Below are positions 11,400-23,152 of a stretch of 64,000 nucleotides of DNA, in pieces. The notes beneath the pieces were generated by a model. It saw only the letters and a list, made by a program, of their open reading frames with translations, did no database searches and was not told the origin of the DNA. Location: NCBI RefSeq assembly GCF_036321535.1, contig NC_087447.1, positions 40,984,001-41,048,000 on the forward strand, in the 5' to 3' direction. The translations under genes and the position numbers were made by a program. The DNA comes from Camelus dromedarius. Lineage: Eukaryota. Numbering within the stretch: the first letter of the stretch is position 1; each line of letters opens with the position of its first letter.

Positions 11400-12058
11400 T
11401 GAGACAGGAGGGAAGGGGCCAGGGCACAACCAATAAAAGAATGACACAGCGATTAGCACCAAGATGGTGGAGGATTCAACTCCCAGTGGACCTTGAGCTT
11501 CAGTATACGCTCACTGAAACACAACAGCATGCTAAATGGCATTCCTACAGGCATCAGGACAGTTTCAGGGCTGACCATAAAAGGTCAAAAAGTGGGTGAC
11601 AGCCCAACTCCTGGGAATCCTAGTCCCTTCTGCAAAGTAGTTGGAATAATCCTCACACTTGTTAGCATATGAAGTTACCGAGCCCATAACAGCTAACAAT
11701 GCCGCACCTCGTGGCCTTTCTCTTGCCCTTTGAGAGGGGCTGCATTCTGTCTACAGAATGTGTATCTCCCAGGGCTTTCTCTTGCCTTTGAGAAGGGCCG
11801 CACTCTGTCTACGGAGTGGGTATCTGCTTTTACTTTAACCACCCCACACCTCGTGGACTCTCTGGCCTTCTGAGATGGCCTGTACTTTCTCTATGGAGTA
11901 TGTAGCTCTCTGAATAAATCTACTTTTACTCGGCTATGGCTTGTTGTTGAATTCTTTCCTGTGTGAAGCCAAGGACCCTCACTTGGCGGGGCGCATCCCA
12001 GGAACTCACCAGAGACCAGGCACATGGCCATCCTCTCACACTCCATTCCCCCGTATCA
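11400..12058 (+). mobile_element. MER41-like ERV1 solo LTR (659 bp)
   Basis: TG...CA termini, 4-bp TSD AAGG (11396-11399 and 12059-12062), AATAAA at 11913-11918, MER41-like blocks gaataatcc...cttgttagcatat, ctctgtctacggagt and ttgaattctttcctgtgtgaagccaagga. Confidence 0.88.
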
Positions 12059-12599
12059 AAGGGAGCTACAGCAGTGCCTTGTGAGCAGTAAGGACTCAGC
12101 AAATGTTTGATGAGTGAATTTCTCAGAGGTCAATGACCCGCTCATTTCCAATCATGAACACTCAGGGACTCTCTTGGGGTTGCTGGTGGAGTGTGGTTGG
12201 TTGTGAGCCTAAGTGCCCTCCCCTCCAGCAGTGAAGGCAGGAGCATTCTTCAAAAAACTTTATCTGGACCCTTTCAAGTAGAGATAGTCAAAACTTAAAT
12301 AGCTCAGCATTCTCGCCGATGACTATCTGTGAATTGAAGCTTTTCAGAATCCCAGTGGAGCATCCATGTTAAGGAATAGAGGGCGATATCTTGCAAGGGC
12401 AGATCTCTTGGGAGTGTTCAGGAACTTCCTAAATACAATAGGAAATGAATTGAGTAAAACAGCCAGCTCTTACCCTACACCATCAGAAAAGGTGTACAGT
12501 TTTATAGACTCAACTAATCCATACACAGAATCACACAGCCACGTCCTTGCAAGCCACTCAGCTCAGTAGCTTCTAAAGGGGAAAAGATTGTTCTAACAT

Positions 12600-12760
12600 G
12601 GACCCTCATCTTTTGCCTGGACCACTGTCAACCGTCACTAGAGACGTGCTTCTGCATCACAAATCTGATTATATCAGCCTCCTTCTTATTGACCCTAATG
12701 GTGCCCCATTGTCTTCAAGGTAGAGTCAAGATTCCTCAGCTTGGTGTCCCAAGCCCTTCA
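12600..12760 (+). mobile_element. L2 LINE fragment
   Basis: ttgcctggaccactg...acaaatctgatt...aatggtgccccattgtcttcaagg...cccaagcccttca. Confidence 0.6.
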
Positions 12761-13479
12761 AAATCTGGTTTCCATCCAGATCTGAAATACAGCCAGCCCA
12801 TATGTACCAATAAAGCCAGACCAACTGTTAAAATATTGAAACATTTCTGCTCCTCCAATGGTTGCTCGCCATCCACCAGCCAACACTTGCCCACATGTCT
12901 CCTGGCCAGAACCTTGGTGAGAGAGACGGTGCCTCTGATGGCATTGGCACTGATCTGAGGCCCCTAACGTGGCCCAGGACACCCTATAGACACTGTTGCA
13001 TGAACACTTTTAGGTACCACAGTTTCTGCGGTATACTGTGTTGTTCAATGCAATATTTTGAATATTACTCCTGCCTCTGTCAACTGTACTAGACTTAATG
13101 TTCACCATTCCCTTGTTCACTTATTTGCTGAAAATAAAAGAATGAATGATATGTGGCCTAGCACCTGTTGTCTTAGCCTCATCATGAAGGAAGGAGGTCC
13201 ACGGTGCCATGCTGGTGGACCAATAAGGTACCATCCACAGTGACCACGGAGTACTCACTCAGGGCCAGAGATGGTCAAAGCAAGGTCTTTCATTGGTGGG
13301 TTACACCCTCACCAAGTTCTCGGTCATCCAAGTGCAGGATGTAGACCTTTGCAGTGCACCCCAAATCATCAGTCTCTCAGGGCAAACTCAAAAACCCAGG
13401 CTCGAAAGACACTGGTACAAAATGAGAAAGCCAACCTCACTGTTTATAAAGGTGCTACCCTTGTCCAGGTGTTTCACAT

Positions 13480-14032
13480 GATGCTCTTCCAGTTGTAAGA
13501 GACAGAAATCCTTACTCAAAATGACTTAAGCACAGAAGGAATTTGTTGGTTTTCATAGCTGAAGGTCCCACAGTCAGCTTCAGGCACAGCAGGATTCACA
13601 GCTTAAATGGCATCATTGGAATTCATTTCTTTTCCTTTTCTAGGTTCCATCTTCTACCAAGTTGACTTCCATCTTAGGCTCCACATGGTGGCAAGATTGC
13701 TTCCTGCCCTCAGGACCGCCTCCTCTCAGCTTCAAGTCTTGCTGGCAAGAGTGAAAGATTCTCTTCTGGAAGCCCCAGGAAGCATTTCATTGTATCACTT
13801 GGGTTCTAATTAGGTCATGTAACCACCCCTGAACTAATCTCTCTGTCTAGGAGAGGAAAGTTATATTCTCATTGCCTGGAGCCTAGATCACCTAGGGATC
13901 TAGGTATGTTTCATCCTTACACCAAGAGTTGGAGCATCAACCAAAACCCAAGGGCTGAGAGCAGACAATAAAGAGGAAAATAGGATATGGATTCCACGAT
14001 GTTAGGCAGCAAATCCAGCTGATGTCCACTCC
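13480..14032 (-). mobile_element. Old MLT1 (J/K-like) LTR
   Basis: agttgtaagagacagaaatcc...cagcttcaggcacagc...ggtcatgtaaccacccctgaactaatc...gatgtccac. Confidence 0.75.
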
Positions 14033-15519
14033 ACCAAGATCCTCCTTTGTAGCACTGAAGATGCCAAAACAGTCTGCAGAAGCTTGCTTGGTGTGTCTGA
14101 ATAAGGCAAGAGGAATATCAAGAAGAGAGGAGGATTAGTCCTACTAAGATCTAGGAACTGCTCTCACCTCCAAAGCAAAAGACCTGTCTCTAATGCAGAG
14201 CCAGGGATAGATAATCTGCCCCTCTGAAGCCTGGTTTCCATGCTGGACACCAACCCTTCTGATGGTGTATCCTCTCTTTGTTCAGAGGAGGCAATATCCC
14301 CCATTCTGTGTCAGAGCTGTAGGTGAGTCACTCTGTCCAGCCTCACCCATCCTACACCAGTTGTCTTGACTTTGACTCATCCATATTGATTTATACACAA
14401 AGTGCATCTCCATGGCTCCTTCTCCTTTTCTTAGTGTCATCCTGCTTCAGCTCTTGAGTAGCCTCATGAAACAGAGCAGGGCAGAGACTTCCATGTTTGT
14501 GTTTATAGATGTGTCATGAGAGAAGAGAGAGGGCAAACTACCTGCCCAGGTTCACATCACTAGATGGAGACAAGTCCAAGCTTCTATGGTGAACCCTTGG
14601 CTCAGTGCTTTCTACATACGTGAAGATGTCTGTTGAGTTCTGGAAGCAGGTAACAGTCCAGTCTCTCTCCTGCTCACCACTGAAATCTACCAGAAGGCTA
14701 TCCTTTATGGTGGAGATGAAGAGACCTTTTTCTTAGCCACTCCCAGGCAATTTCCTCCCACTTTCTCCTATCCTTGGCCCCTGAGCCATCCTCAGAGACA
14801 CTGCCTTTGTTATTAACAGGCTGGAGGGTCAATTCCTCTTGGCTCTGGGATGAGGGGGGACCTGCAAGCAATCTGTTCCTGAAAACTAGCATAGGTCCTA
14901 TCTGATGCAGTTGGTGCTCAGATAAGACAAGATGAATGGCAAACAACACTTCAAATGACAGGTGTCATTTGTTAACCTGCTCTAGATCAATGGCTTCCAA
15001 AATTAAAATGTTCTATATCTGTCAGTTGGGGGGCAAGTGTCCCCTCCTCCCTGTCCTCCATGGGTACAATTCTGAGGCAAGAGTCCTGTGGTTTTCAGAA
15101 GGTCCTGGGGACTGAGCCTGGCTGCCCATGACGGTGACTTGCCTGTTACCAATCATTTCAATGGCTCTTCACCTTCCAGAGCTAACTAGCTTCACATCCT
15201 CCTGTGCTTCCTGGGACCACCTTCCAAAACAAATTCCCGTGTCCTTATCCCCCAGGAGTGTTCCTCTCCGCATTTACTCTACCCCTGGTGGCATCATAGG
15301 GCTTTGCAAGCAGAGGACACAAAAAGGTGCACACTTGGCTCTTGGCTCCACCCTGATTGACCACAAACCCCAGAGCTTCGCCACCTGCCCCTCTCCTGCC
15401 CTCACTCTCACCTTTGCCCTGGGCTTACCAGTTGGGAGCCCAGCCACGAGGCTGGGAGGTTTTCTCTTGATCTTCCTGGGCCTGGGAGAGCCTCAGCATC
15501 TGCACAGGCACAAGCCAAG

Positions 15520-15700
15520 TGATGTGGTGGAAAGAACAACATAACTTGGCCTCCAGCTATGGCATTAGCTGTGTGGTCTTGGGGGAGACACGTAACCTCT
15601 CTGAACCTGAGTTTCCCCATCTCCATCATTAGGAAAGTATCTTAACCCATCTCACAGTGTTGTGGCTATGATCAAATGGAGAAACTTGTTGTAAACTATA
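15520..15700 (+). mobile_element. MIR SINE
   Basis: tagctgtgtggtcttggg...taacctctctgaacctgagtttccccatct. Confidence 0.75.
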
Positions 15701-17319
15701 ACTTTTTCCACGGCTGATTTTCAGCTGAGTGCCCACTGGAACAGCACTGTCTGCTACTTAGGGCTGTTGTTTGTTCTGATTGGTTGGAGCCTATGCTCTC
15801 CCTACCACCAAATATTTCAAATATCACATCTCATGCCGCGACTGCACGTACATCTTATATCCCTTGCTCGGCAGCAGCTGGCCAAGCTCCCTGAATAGCA
15901 GAGTCACAGCTCATCTATAGGGAGAAGTCTGGAGAGCCCCGCTCCTCTGAGATCTCCCCTAATCTGACTGTGCCAAGAGACAGTGCATCAAATGCAAGAC
16001 ATACAAGGCATCCCCCAGAGAGATGGACCTCGTTTCAAAAGCGCAAGCACAGAGCACATTGTGCAAATATGCCACAAGTTCGGCTTTGAGGCTCAGCCTG
16101 TTGCCAGGGAGTCCAGTGTTTCATCCAGCTTAATCAAGCGTGTGTAAAGGGCTACATGCTCTCCCCCATCCATCTACCAAAAGGCCCTCAGCAGAACTCG
16201 GTTAATTAATCACAGGCTGCGTGAGTGCGTGCGCTCTCACTACTGGGGAAAGGCTGACCTGGGCTCAGGTCTACGTGATTCAAGCCTTGAATAATTTTAG
16301 AGGTTGCAGAGGGCAACCTGGGAACAGGGCCGTGGGTGCACGGAAGGGCTATACTAACCCTACCAGATGTGGCTGAATACCCTGAGTACTCGAAATGAGG
16401 TAGGAAGATGAGCAAAGGCCTTAATTAACATCTGTTTGCATATTCATCGTCAACTGGGAATTGTTTAAACTAAACACACCACTGTCAGGAAACGATAAGA
16501 CTCCTTAGACCTGAATTTTGCTTTGAATTTGAGAAGATGGAAAATCTGCCCCGTGTGATACTCAGAATCAAGGGTAGACTCCACCTTGATTAAACTGAGC
16601 AATGATTATACTTAAACAGCTCCCCCACCCCTACACCCATCTCCCATCCCACCCCCTCCCCCAGCCCACTGGCAATTATCAGCTCAGCTCTGAATGGTGA
16701 CTCCATTAACCACACTTCCTGCCACAATCCTTACTGCGGCTTTGAGTTTGGCACCCAGACCCAGGATTAACGTACTCACAGGAAGAACATGGCAAATGAT
16801 GGGAGTGTTAGATCTGCGTGCTATCATGGGGTGAAGAGGCAAGCTTTGACTTAGTGGTGGTTTGGTATGCAAGGGAAGAAGCTAGGACTGAGAGCACTGG
16901 AGAAGTGCTCCAGCGCTTCTTCAGGAGAAGAAAACAGGAGGAGAAGGAACTGACATTTATTGACCACTTCCTGTCTGCAACCCCTTAATTATGCCTATAC
17001 ATTCTAGAAAGTTCTTCAGGTGCAGCCTATGACAAGAGTGGACACTTTATACAAAATCTGTCTCAGATCTTGGTCTGCGTTGAGGTCCCTTCTCTCCCTC
17101 TTCTCTCTCCCATGGTCCCCAGGGTCGTGGCTCATAGGCCTTTAGGTCCATCTTATTTCATATCGGGAGAGGGAGAGGCAGCTTTTCCTCCTACGTATAA
17201 CTGCTGTGTTACCACATGACGGTATTTTATATTGTAGAGTTGCTGCCCCTTGTCTCCACAGTAACAACGATCTTACCATAGGAGGTGAGCAAGACAATCC
17301 TGTACCATTGCTGGTGCCC

Positions 17320-17545
17320 TAGCCCCTCACCCACATGCTCTCATCTGTCTCACAACCACCACATCATGGCCCACACCATCTACACTCAAGGAAAATGGAG
17401 CTCAGAAATGTTGAGTGAACCCCTAACATAGAGGGTGACCGTCAGAGCCAAGAACAAAGATGTGTCTCTCACCAAAGCCCCTGCCCTTTCCCCTGAGCCA
17501 CTGCCCCCATCCTGGCTTGGCCAGAGTCCAGAATCCACTATTCTG
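17320..17545 (-). mobile_element. MIR SINE fragment
   Basis: ctcacaaccacc...ggaaaatggagctcagaaatgttgagtgaac. Confidence 0.55.
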
Positions 17546-17804
17546 TGTCTCATGGGGCACAATGAACTCGGGGTGACTTCTGACATTCTGAGTGGAAGGA
17601 AGGATTCGATCAACAAGTAGGGAGAAAGCCTTGCAGAGGGAGCTCAGACATGAGTGATGCTGGGAGCTAAACAAGGTAACCCGGGGTCAGAGGCTGGGCA
17701 GGAAGACAGTCAGCACGTGTCCGGGAGTCCTGGGGATGAGACCAGCGTCTGGAGAAGCTAGAGAGGGGTGAGGAGCCAGCCGTGTTGCCTGGAGTTCAGG
17801 GAGG

Positions 17805-18249
17805 GTTCTGAATTACCTGGGAGGGCCCTAAATCCCATGACCAGTGTCCTTGGAAGAGAAGAGGCAGGAAGATAAACACAAGGATAGTGGTTGGTGATGG
17901 TGGCAGAGCCTGATGAATATACTAAAATCCACTGGATATTCACTTTAAAGGGATGATTTTATGATATGTGAATTGTATCTCAACAGAAGATAAGTTAGAA
18001 GAAAGCTTGTGGTGCATCGACATGACATTACATTACAATGCTGTCTACGCGCCAGGGAACACAGACGATGCCTCACAGCTCCCAGAAGCTGGGGGGAGAC
18101 ATTGCCTCAGAGCCTCCAGGAGGAACCAGCCCTGCCAACATCTTAATCTTGGGCTTCTGGCCTCCAGAATTGGGAGAAAACACATTTCTACTGGTTTAAG
18201 CCAGCCAGGCTGTAGTAAGTTGTTATGGCACCCCCAGCAAACTGACACA
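17805..18249 (+). mobile_element. MLT1 (B/C-like) LTR containing a ~100-bp L1MB 3' fragment (about 17880-17985)
   Basis: gggccctaaatcccatgaccagtgtcctt...ggaaccagccctgccaaca...cttctggcctccagaatt...gttatggcacccccagcaaactgacaca. Confidence 0.8.
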
Positions 18250-20413
18250 GACTCAATCCCAGTAGGACTGAGGGCCGACCAGAAAACGCCAGCAGGCCGG
18301 TGGCCATGGGCAGAGGCCGGTCCTGGGTCCGAGGCAAGGAGCCACAGTCTCTCCCCAGGAGCCACACACTGATAAGAGAGGCTCAGAAACCTTCTCCCTT
18401 GACTTGAGGGCGTGGCTGAGGCTCTGAATGCCCTCCTGGCCCCAGTCAGAGCGGGTTCAGGGTCTTGACAGCAGACCTACTGTTGAGTAGGGCCGGGGCC
18501 AAAGTCAAGCAATCCTCAAGACTCCCATGATACCTGTAGGGAGGTATGTGGTCTGACAGGCATGTGCCAGGGAGGAGGATGTATGCATCTGGCCCTGTCT
18601 TCACCAATTAACTGTACAGTTGAAAAGATGGGTACAAGGGCCAGCTAGCTATCACCTACTGTCTCCACGCTGGGCTCAGCTTCTCTACCCAGAGCTTCGG
18701 GGCTCCCTTTGTTTCTCCTATCCACAGTGCTCCTGATAAGCACCCAGGCATAGAAAGGAGAGCCAACACTGGCCCTGCAGGGCCCTGGCTGAGGGGCCTA
18801 CATCAAGGGCCAGGACTAAACCTAGGGAGCCATTCTGACTTGCAGCATCTTGGAGCCTGAAAAGCAGAGATGCAGATGCATAGGAGAGCCCCAGAGAAAG
18901 CTGAGATCCAGATGCCTGGAAGACAAAGCACGGACACCAAGTTCAAAGTCTCAAGATGCAGAATCAAAGTTGAGGTGTGCAGCCAAAAATTCAGAAAGAG
19001 GCAAAAACAGAGTTTGAGGAAGGGGCAAGGAGAGTTCAGGGTACATGCCCTGCTGCTATTGTCCTGGCGGGGCTTTGTCCCCTCTGACGGATGGTGGGAC
19101 CTCAGTGCACAACCTGGGGTGAGGGGAGGCTGGGTTAAAGGACCAGAGGTAATGCTGACACTAACCCCCATGCCCAGCTAGAAAGGCCAAGCCACCACAC
19201 TGGGCTGCAGTTCACATGGAGCCGAATGCTCCCCTCCCCTCCAAAACCTCCAAGCAAGCCCTCAAGGTCCAACCAGGAGCCACATCTTGTCTTCAAGTTC
19301 AGGCCAGGGAAGGGGAGGTTTAGAGCACAGGGTGACAGAATGGGTAGCAGTAAACACTCCAGAAGCTTTCTCTAGAGTGCCGACACCATGGGCTCATAGT
19401 CTGAGACCCTGCCCAGGGCAGTGATGCTCAAAGACATCCATCTCAGCCTGGGACAATGCAGCACAGCTGTCAGACCTTCAGAAAAGCTTTCCCAAAGAAC
19501 TCGGACTTAGTTTGGCTGTCTGGCTCTCCTTGCCCTGAGTCACTGAGTTCTGGGACCTGAGCCACCCTCCTCCACTGACAGAGCCCCCAGGCAAAGCAGG
19601 GGATCAAAGAGCCCCTCTAATAGCCAGTTCATCATCAAGAAGAAACATACAAACTGGAGTAGGCATTGCCCAGAGCAAGAGGATGCAGGAGTCGAGCTGG
19701 GCTGGAGTCAAAGCTGAGCAGCAGAAATGATGGAGATGGAGAGTGGGTTGCCTGAGTTGATTCTGACTTTTCTGTGACTCTTTGAGGTCATCCTCATGGA
19801 CCACAAGGGGAAGCCACTGAATTGTTTTCCCCCAGGGAGCTGGCTCACCCTGCAGCCTCATTAGAGTTTCAAATGCAAATCTAGGTAGAACAGCAAAAGT
19901 ATATACATTAGTTAGAGAACTACATTAATATGTAGAAAAGGTCTGATGCAAATTAGAAAGTGGCATTTGGAAACCCTTTGATAAATGGCTGCACAGAACT
20001 TAAAATTCCATTTGGAAGATGGGTGTCAAATAGGTGACATGGGGGGTTTCCACAGAGGGCTCCTGCTTTCCTGGGCTCTGCTGGAATTACATCAACATGC
20101 AGGTGTGACTATGATCCATCAGAATAGCTAATTCTTTCCACCTCTTAAATTATATGATCCAAAGCTGGCCAGGGTGGGGGAAAACAGACCCTCACATAGT
20201 AGTGCTGATGGGAGAGTGGGATGGCTTCTCCTTTCTGTGTGCAACTTGGCAGAGTATGTCAGAAGCCTTGAAATTCTTCCTATTTCCTGAGCTAGACTTT
20301 CACTGATAAAAATTGAGTCTAAAGACATTTAAGGGTTTGCACAGAACCCCTACCTCCTTAATTTAGTTCAAAGAACATTAAAAATTTTTTATTTCAGGGG
20401 AAGGATAAAATAC

Positions 20414-20440
20414 AATCAAATCAAATCAAATCAAATCAAA
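20414..20440 (+). repeat. (TCAAA)5 microsatellite
   Basis: aatcaaatcaaatcaaatcaaatcaaa. Confidence 0.9.
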
Positions 20441-20514
20441 CTATTTCTGTCTTCTAGAAGGATGGCAAAATCATCCCCAAAGTACTGGCTTATCCAGAGA
20501 AAACTCTAACTCGG

Positions 20515-21100
20515 AAAGGCATCCCAATGTTCATGGCTATTTACAATAGCCAAGACATGGAAGCAAACTAAATGTACATCAACAGATGACTGGATAAAGA
20601 AGTCACGGTACATGTACACAATGGAATACTACTCAGCCATAAAAAAGAATTAAATAATGCCACTTGCAGCAACATGGATGGATCTAGAGATATCATATTA
20701 AGTGAAGTCAGTCAGACAAAGACAAATATCATATGATATCACTTATATGTGGAATCTAAAAAAAAGATACAAATGAACCTTTTTACAAACTGAAAACAGT
20801 TTCACAGACATAGAAACAAACTATGGTTACCAAAGGGAAAAGGGATGAGAGAGAGGGATAAATTAGAGGCATTTGGGATTAACATATACACACTACTATA
20901 CACAAAATAGATAAACAACAAGGACCTACAACACAGGGAACTATATTCATTATCTTGTAATAACCTACAATGGAAAAGAATCTGAAAAAGAATATATATG
21001 TGTGTGTACAACTGAATCACTTTGCTGTATGTCTGAAACAAACAAAACATTGTAAATCAGCTACACTTCAATAAAAATTTTTTAAAAAGGGAAAAAAAAA
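20515..21100 (+). mobile_element. 5'-truncated cetartiodactyl L1 (ORF2 end, 3' UTR, A tail)
   Basis: ccaatgttcat...tttacaatagccaagacatggaagc...cacttcaataaaa and A tail; possible TSD agaaaactc at 20498-20506 and 21101-21109. Confidence 0.9.
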
Positions 21101-21719
21101 AGAAAACTCCTGGCCTTTTGGCTATAAAAGAAACGTTCTTGTGCTAGCCTGTGTGTAAGAGACAGAGGGAAAAAAGACATTCAATTACCTGGCATAAAAC
21201 AAGTAATAGAAACTCTAAGTAGTCCCTTGGCAACTCAGGAGAAAGGAGTCTGGGGGTTCAAGGGACAATCAAGAGAGAGGAAGTGGGAGAACTTGGGGAG
21301 AGAGAGCAGGGCCAAGCAATCTGGTGGGAGGCAGTTGCATGAAGCAGAGAGAGGCAGTGAAAAGTCCTTGAGGGAAGAATAATGGTGACTAATATTCCTT
21401 TTGCCAAGTTGAAATCCCATTTTACCCAAATCCTTTAATACAAGTCATTATACAATAGACTGTGTTAACTGTCCAGTGGCAAATGAAGAGGGGGAGTCAG
21501 CTCTTGACTGGAATGAAGTGAACCAAAAAATCTGGAGCTGGCAGGAGTGAAGGAAGGTAGTGAACAGGAACACAGATGGAGCTCAGGGCAGGGGTTTAGA
21601 ACCAGAAGCAGCAGGAGAATGTGAGCTCTATACTCTGCCACACCCTCTTTGCCCAGAATTCCCAGAAACATGAGCAGAAGGATGCCAGGAGGCAGACGCA
21701 GCCAAGCAAATCTGGGTAA

Positions 21720-21855
21720 AACCAAAGTGTTACCAGAGATTATCTCCAGGTGATGGGATTACACTTTTTATTGTGAATTTCTTCTTTGCTTATATGTATT
21801 GTCAATTTTTTTAATAAGTATGTATTATCTGTGACTTTTTTTTTTAAAGTAAAGC
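21720..21855 (+). mobile_element. Ancient L1ME-type 3' end fragment
   Basis: accaaagtgttaccagagattatctccaggtgatgggattac...gtatgtattat. Confidence 0.5.
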
Positions 21856-22732
21856 TAACAAATAATAATTTGCCAACTGGACTACCTCAGCCCTTACACA
21901 CGCAGTGGGAGCCAGCAAGCGTGGTCCCAGGCCATTTTCCTCATGGAGGAAAGGACAGAGGAAAAGACACAGCCACCGGAACCCGGCTCCTCTCTGAAAC
22001 CAGCACAGGACATTTACTGGAGGCACTACTAGGCCAGCTCCACAGCAAAGCCCCTTTGGTTCTCAGGCTCTGCCGACAAGGCTTCCAGAACCCCCAGGAA
22101 CTCTCACCCAAGAAGACTGCCAAGGCAGAGTCCTCCAAACAGTTCCCTGTTACTCTCACATTTTCTAGATCGAGTGTTCACATGTCTTAAAGAAAATTCA
22201 TGTGGAGAAAATGGACACTTCATAACAAGGAAATGGTCATGCCTCTCAGCTGTGCACCAGGCTCCCTCTTTTATCTCTCAGAAAATTCAAAGGTTTCTGA
22301 GTTCCCATCCAATCCGTGGCCGTGTGTATTCAAGCCAACAGCCCCATTCTGTTCCCCGTGCTCTCCCAGGCCTCATGAATCTTGGCAGCGGGCTGCTCTC
22401 CTATGGTGATGACTCTCATATTAATTTAAGTCTTTCCAAGACATACTTGCTAATTAAAATGTAAACCAGTTTTTATCCCTTTAATTAAGATACAAGATGG
22501 GAAGCATAATTTAATTCGGTCCATTGAAAATATCAGTATTATTAGCTCCATAACTTGCTTCCATTAAAGATGACTATGTTCAACAATTTCTTTTTCTACT
22601 CCCACACTGGCTGGAGCTTTGGCATATGCACTGACTGGGTCCTGAAACTACTCGGGAGTTTAGAAACTGTGATCCCACTGAAAAGGAGCCTTGTGCATGC
22701 CAAAGCCAATGAGGACATCAGCTTTAGGACCC

Positions 22733-23152
22733 TGTCTTAGGGTGGTTTCCCCTAGAAGCAGACCCTAAGAAGGATTTGAGTAGAGCAGTTTGTACAGGAA
22801 GTACTTTTAGGGGAGTGAAAAGGGAGATAGGGACAGGAAGGGAGTCAACTCGGGTGAGCGGATGAGCAGGTCACTGTTGCAGGGAACCAAAGGTAACTGC
22901 ATCAGGGACACCTGGTCATGTACAATACACCTCAGGCTGTTCCTCTTGAGAGACAAGGAAGCTGGGATGTCTGTCCTCCCATTCCCATCCATCACTGGCT
23001 GAGGGCTGCTCCCAGGGGTGTTAGCTCCCAAGTCCTTCCAGCCTTCCTCTCAGGCAGAGAGTTACCCATATTGCAGAGGGAAGTATCTTAACTAAGTAGT
23101 GACTGGGGAGAAGTGATGGGTAGAGCATCCATAGCATCTGGTACCCACCCAC
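22733..23152 (-). mobile_element. LTR16-like ERVL LTR
   Basis: tgtcttagggtggtttcccctagaagcagaccctaagaaggatttgagt...catcactggctgagggctgctcc. Confidence 0.7.

Noticed and set aside
11713..11908. Spaced direct repeats as a CRISPR-like array
   Set aside because: Diverged LTR-internal tandem units without regular unique spacers; mammalian DNA with no cas genes
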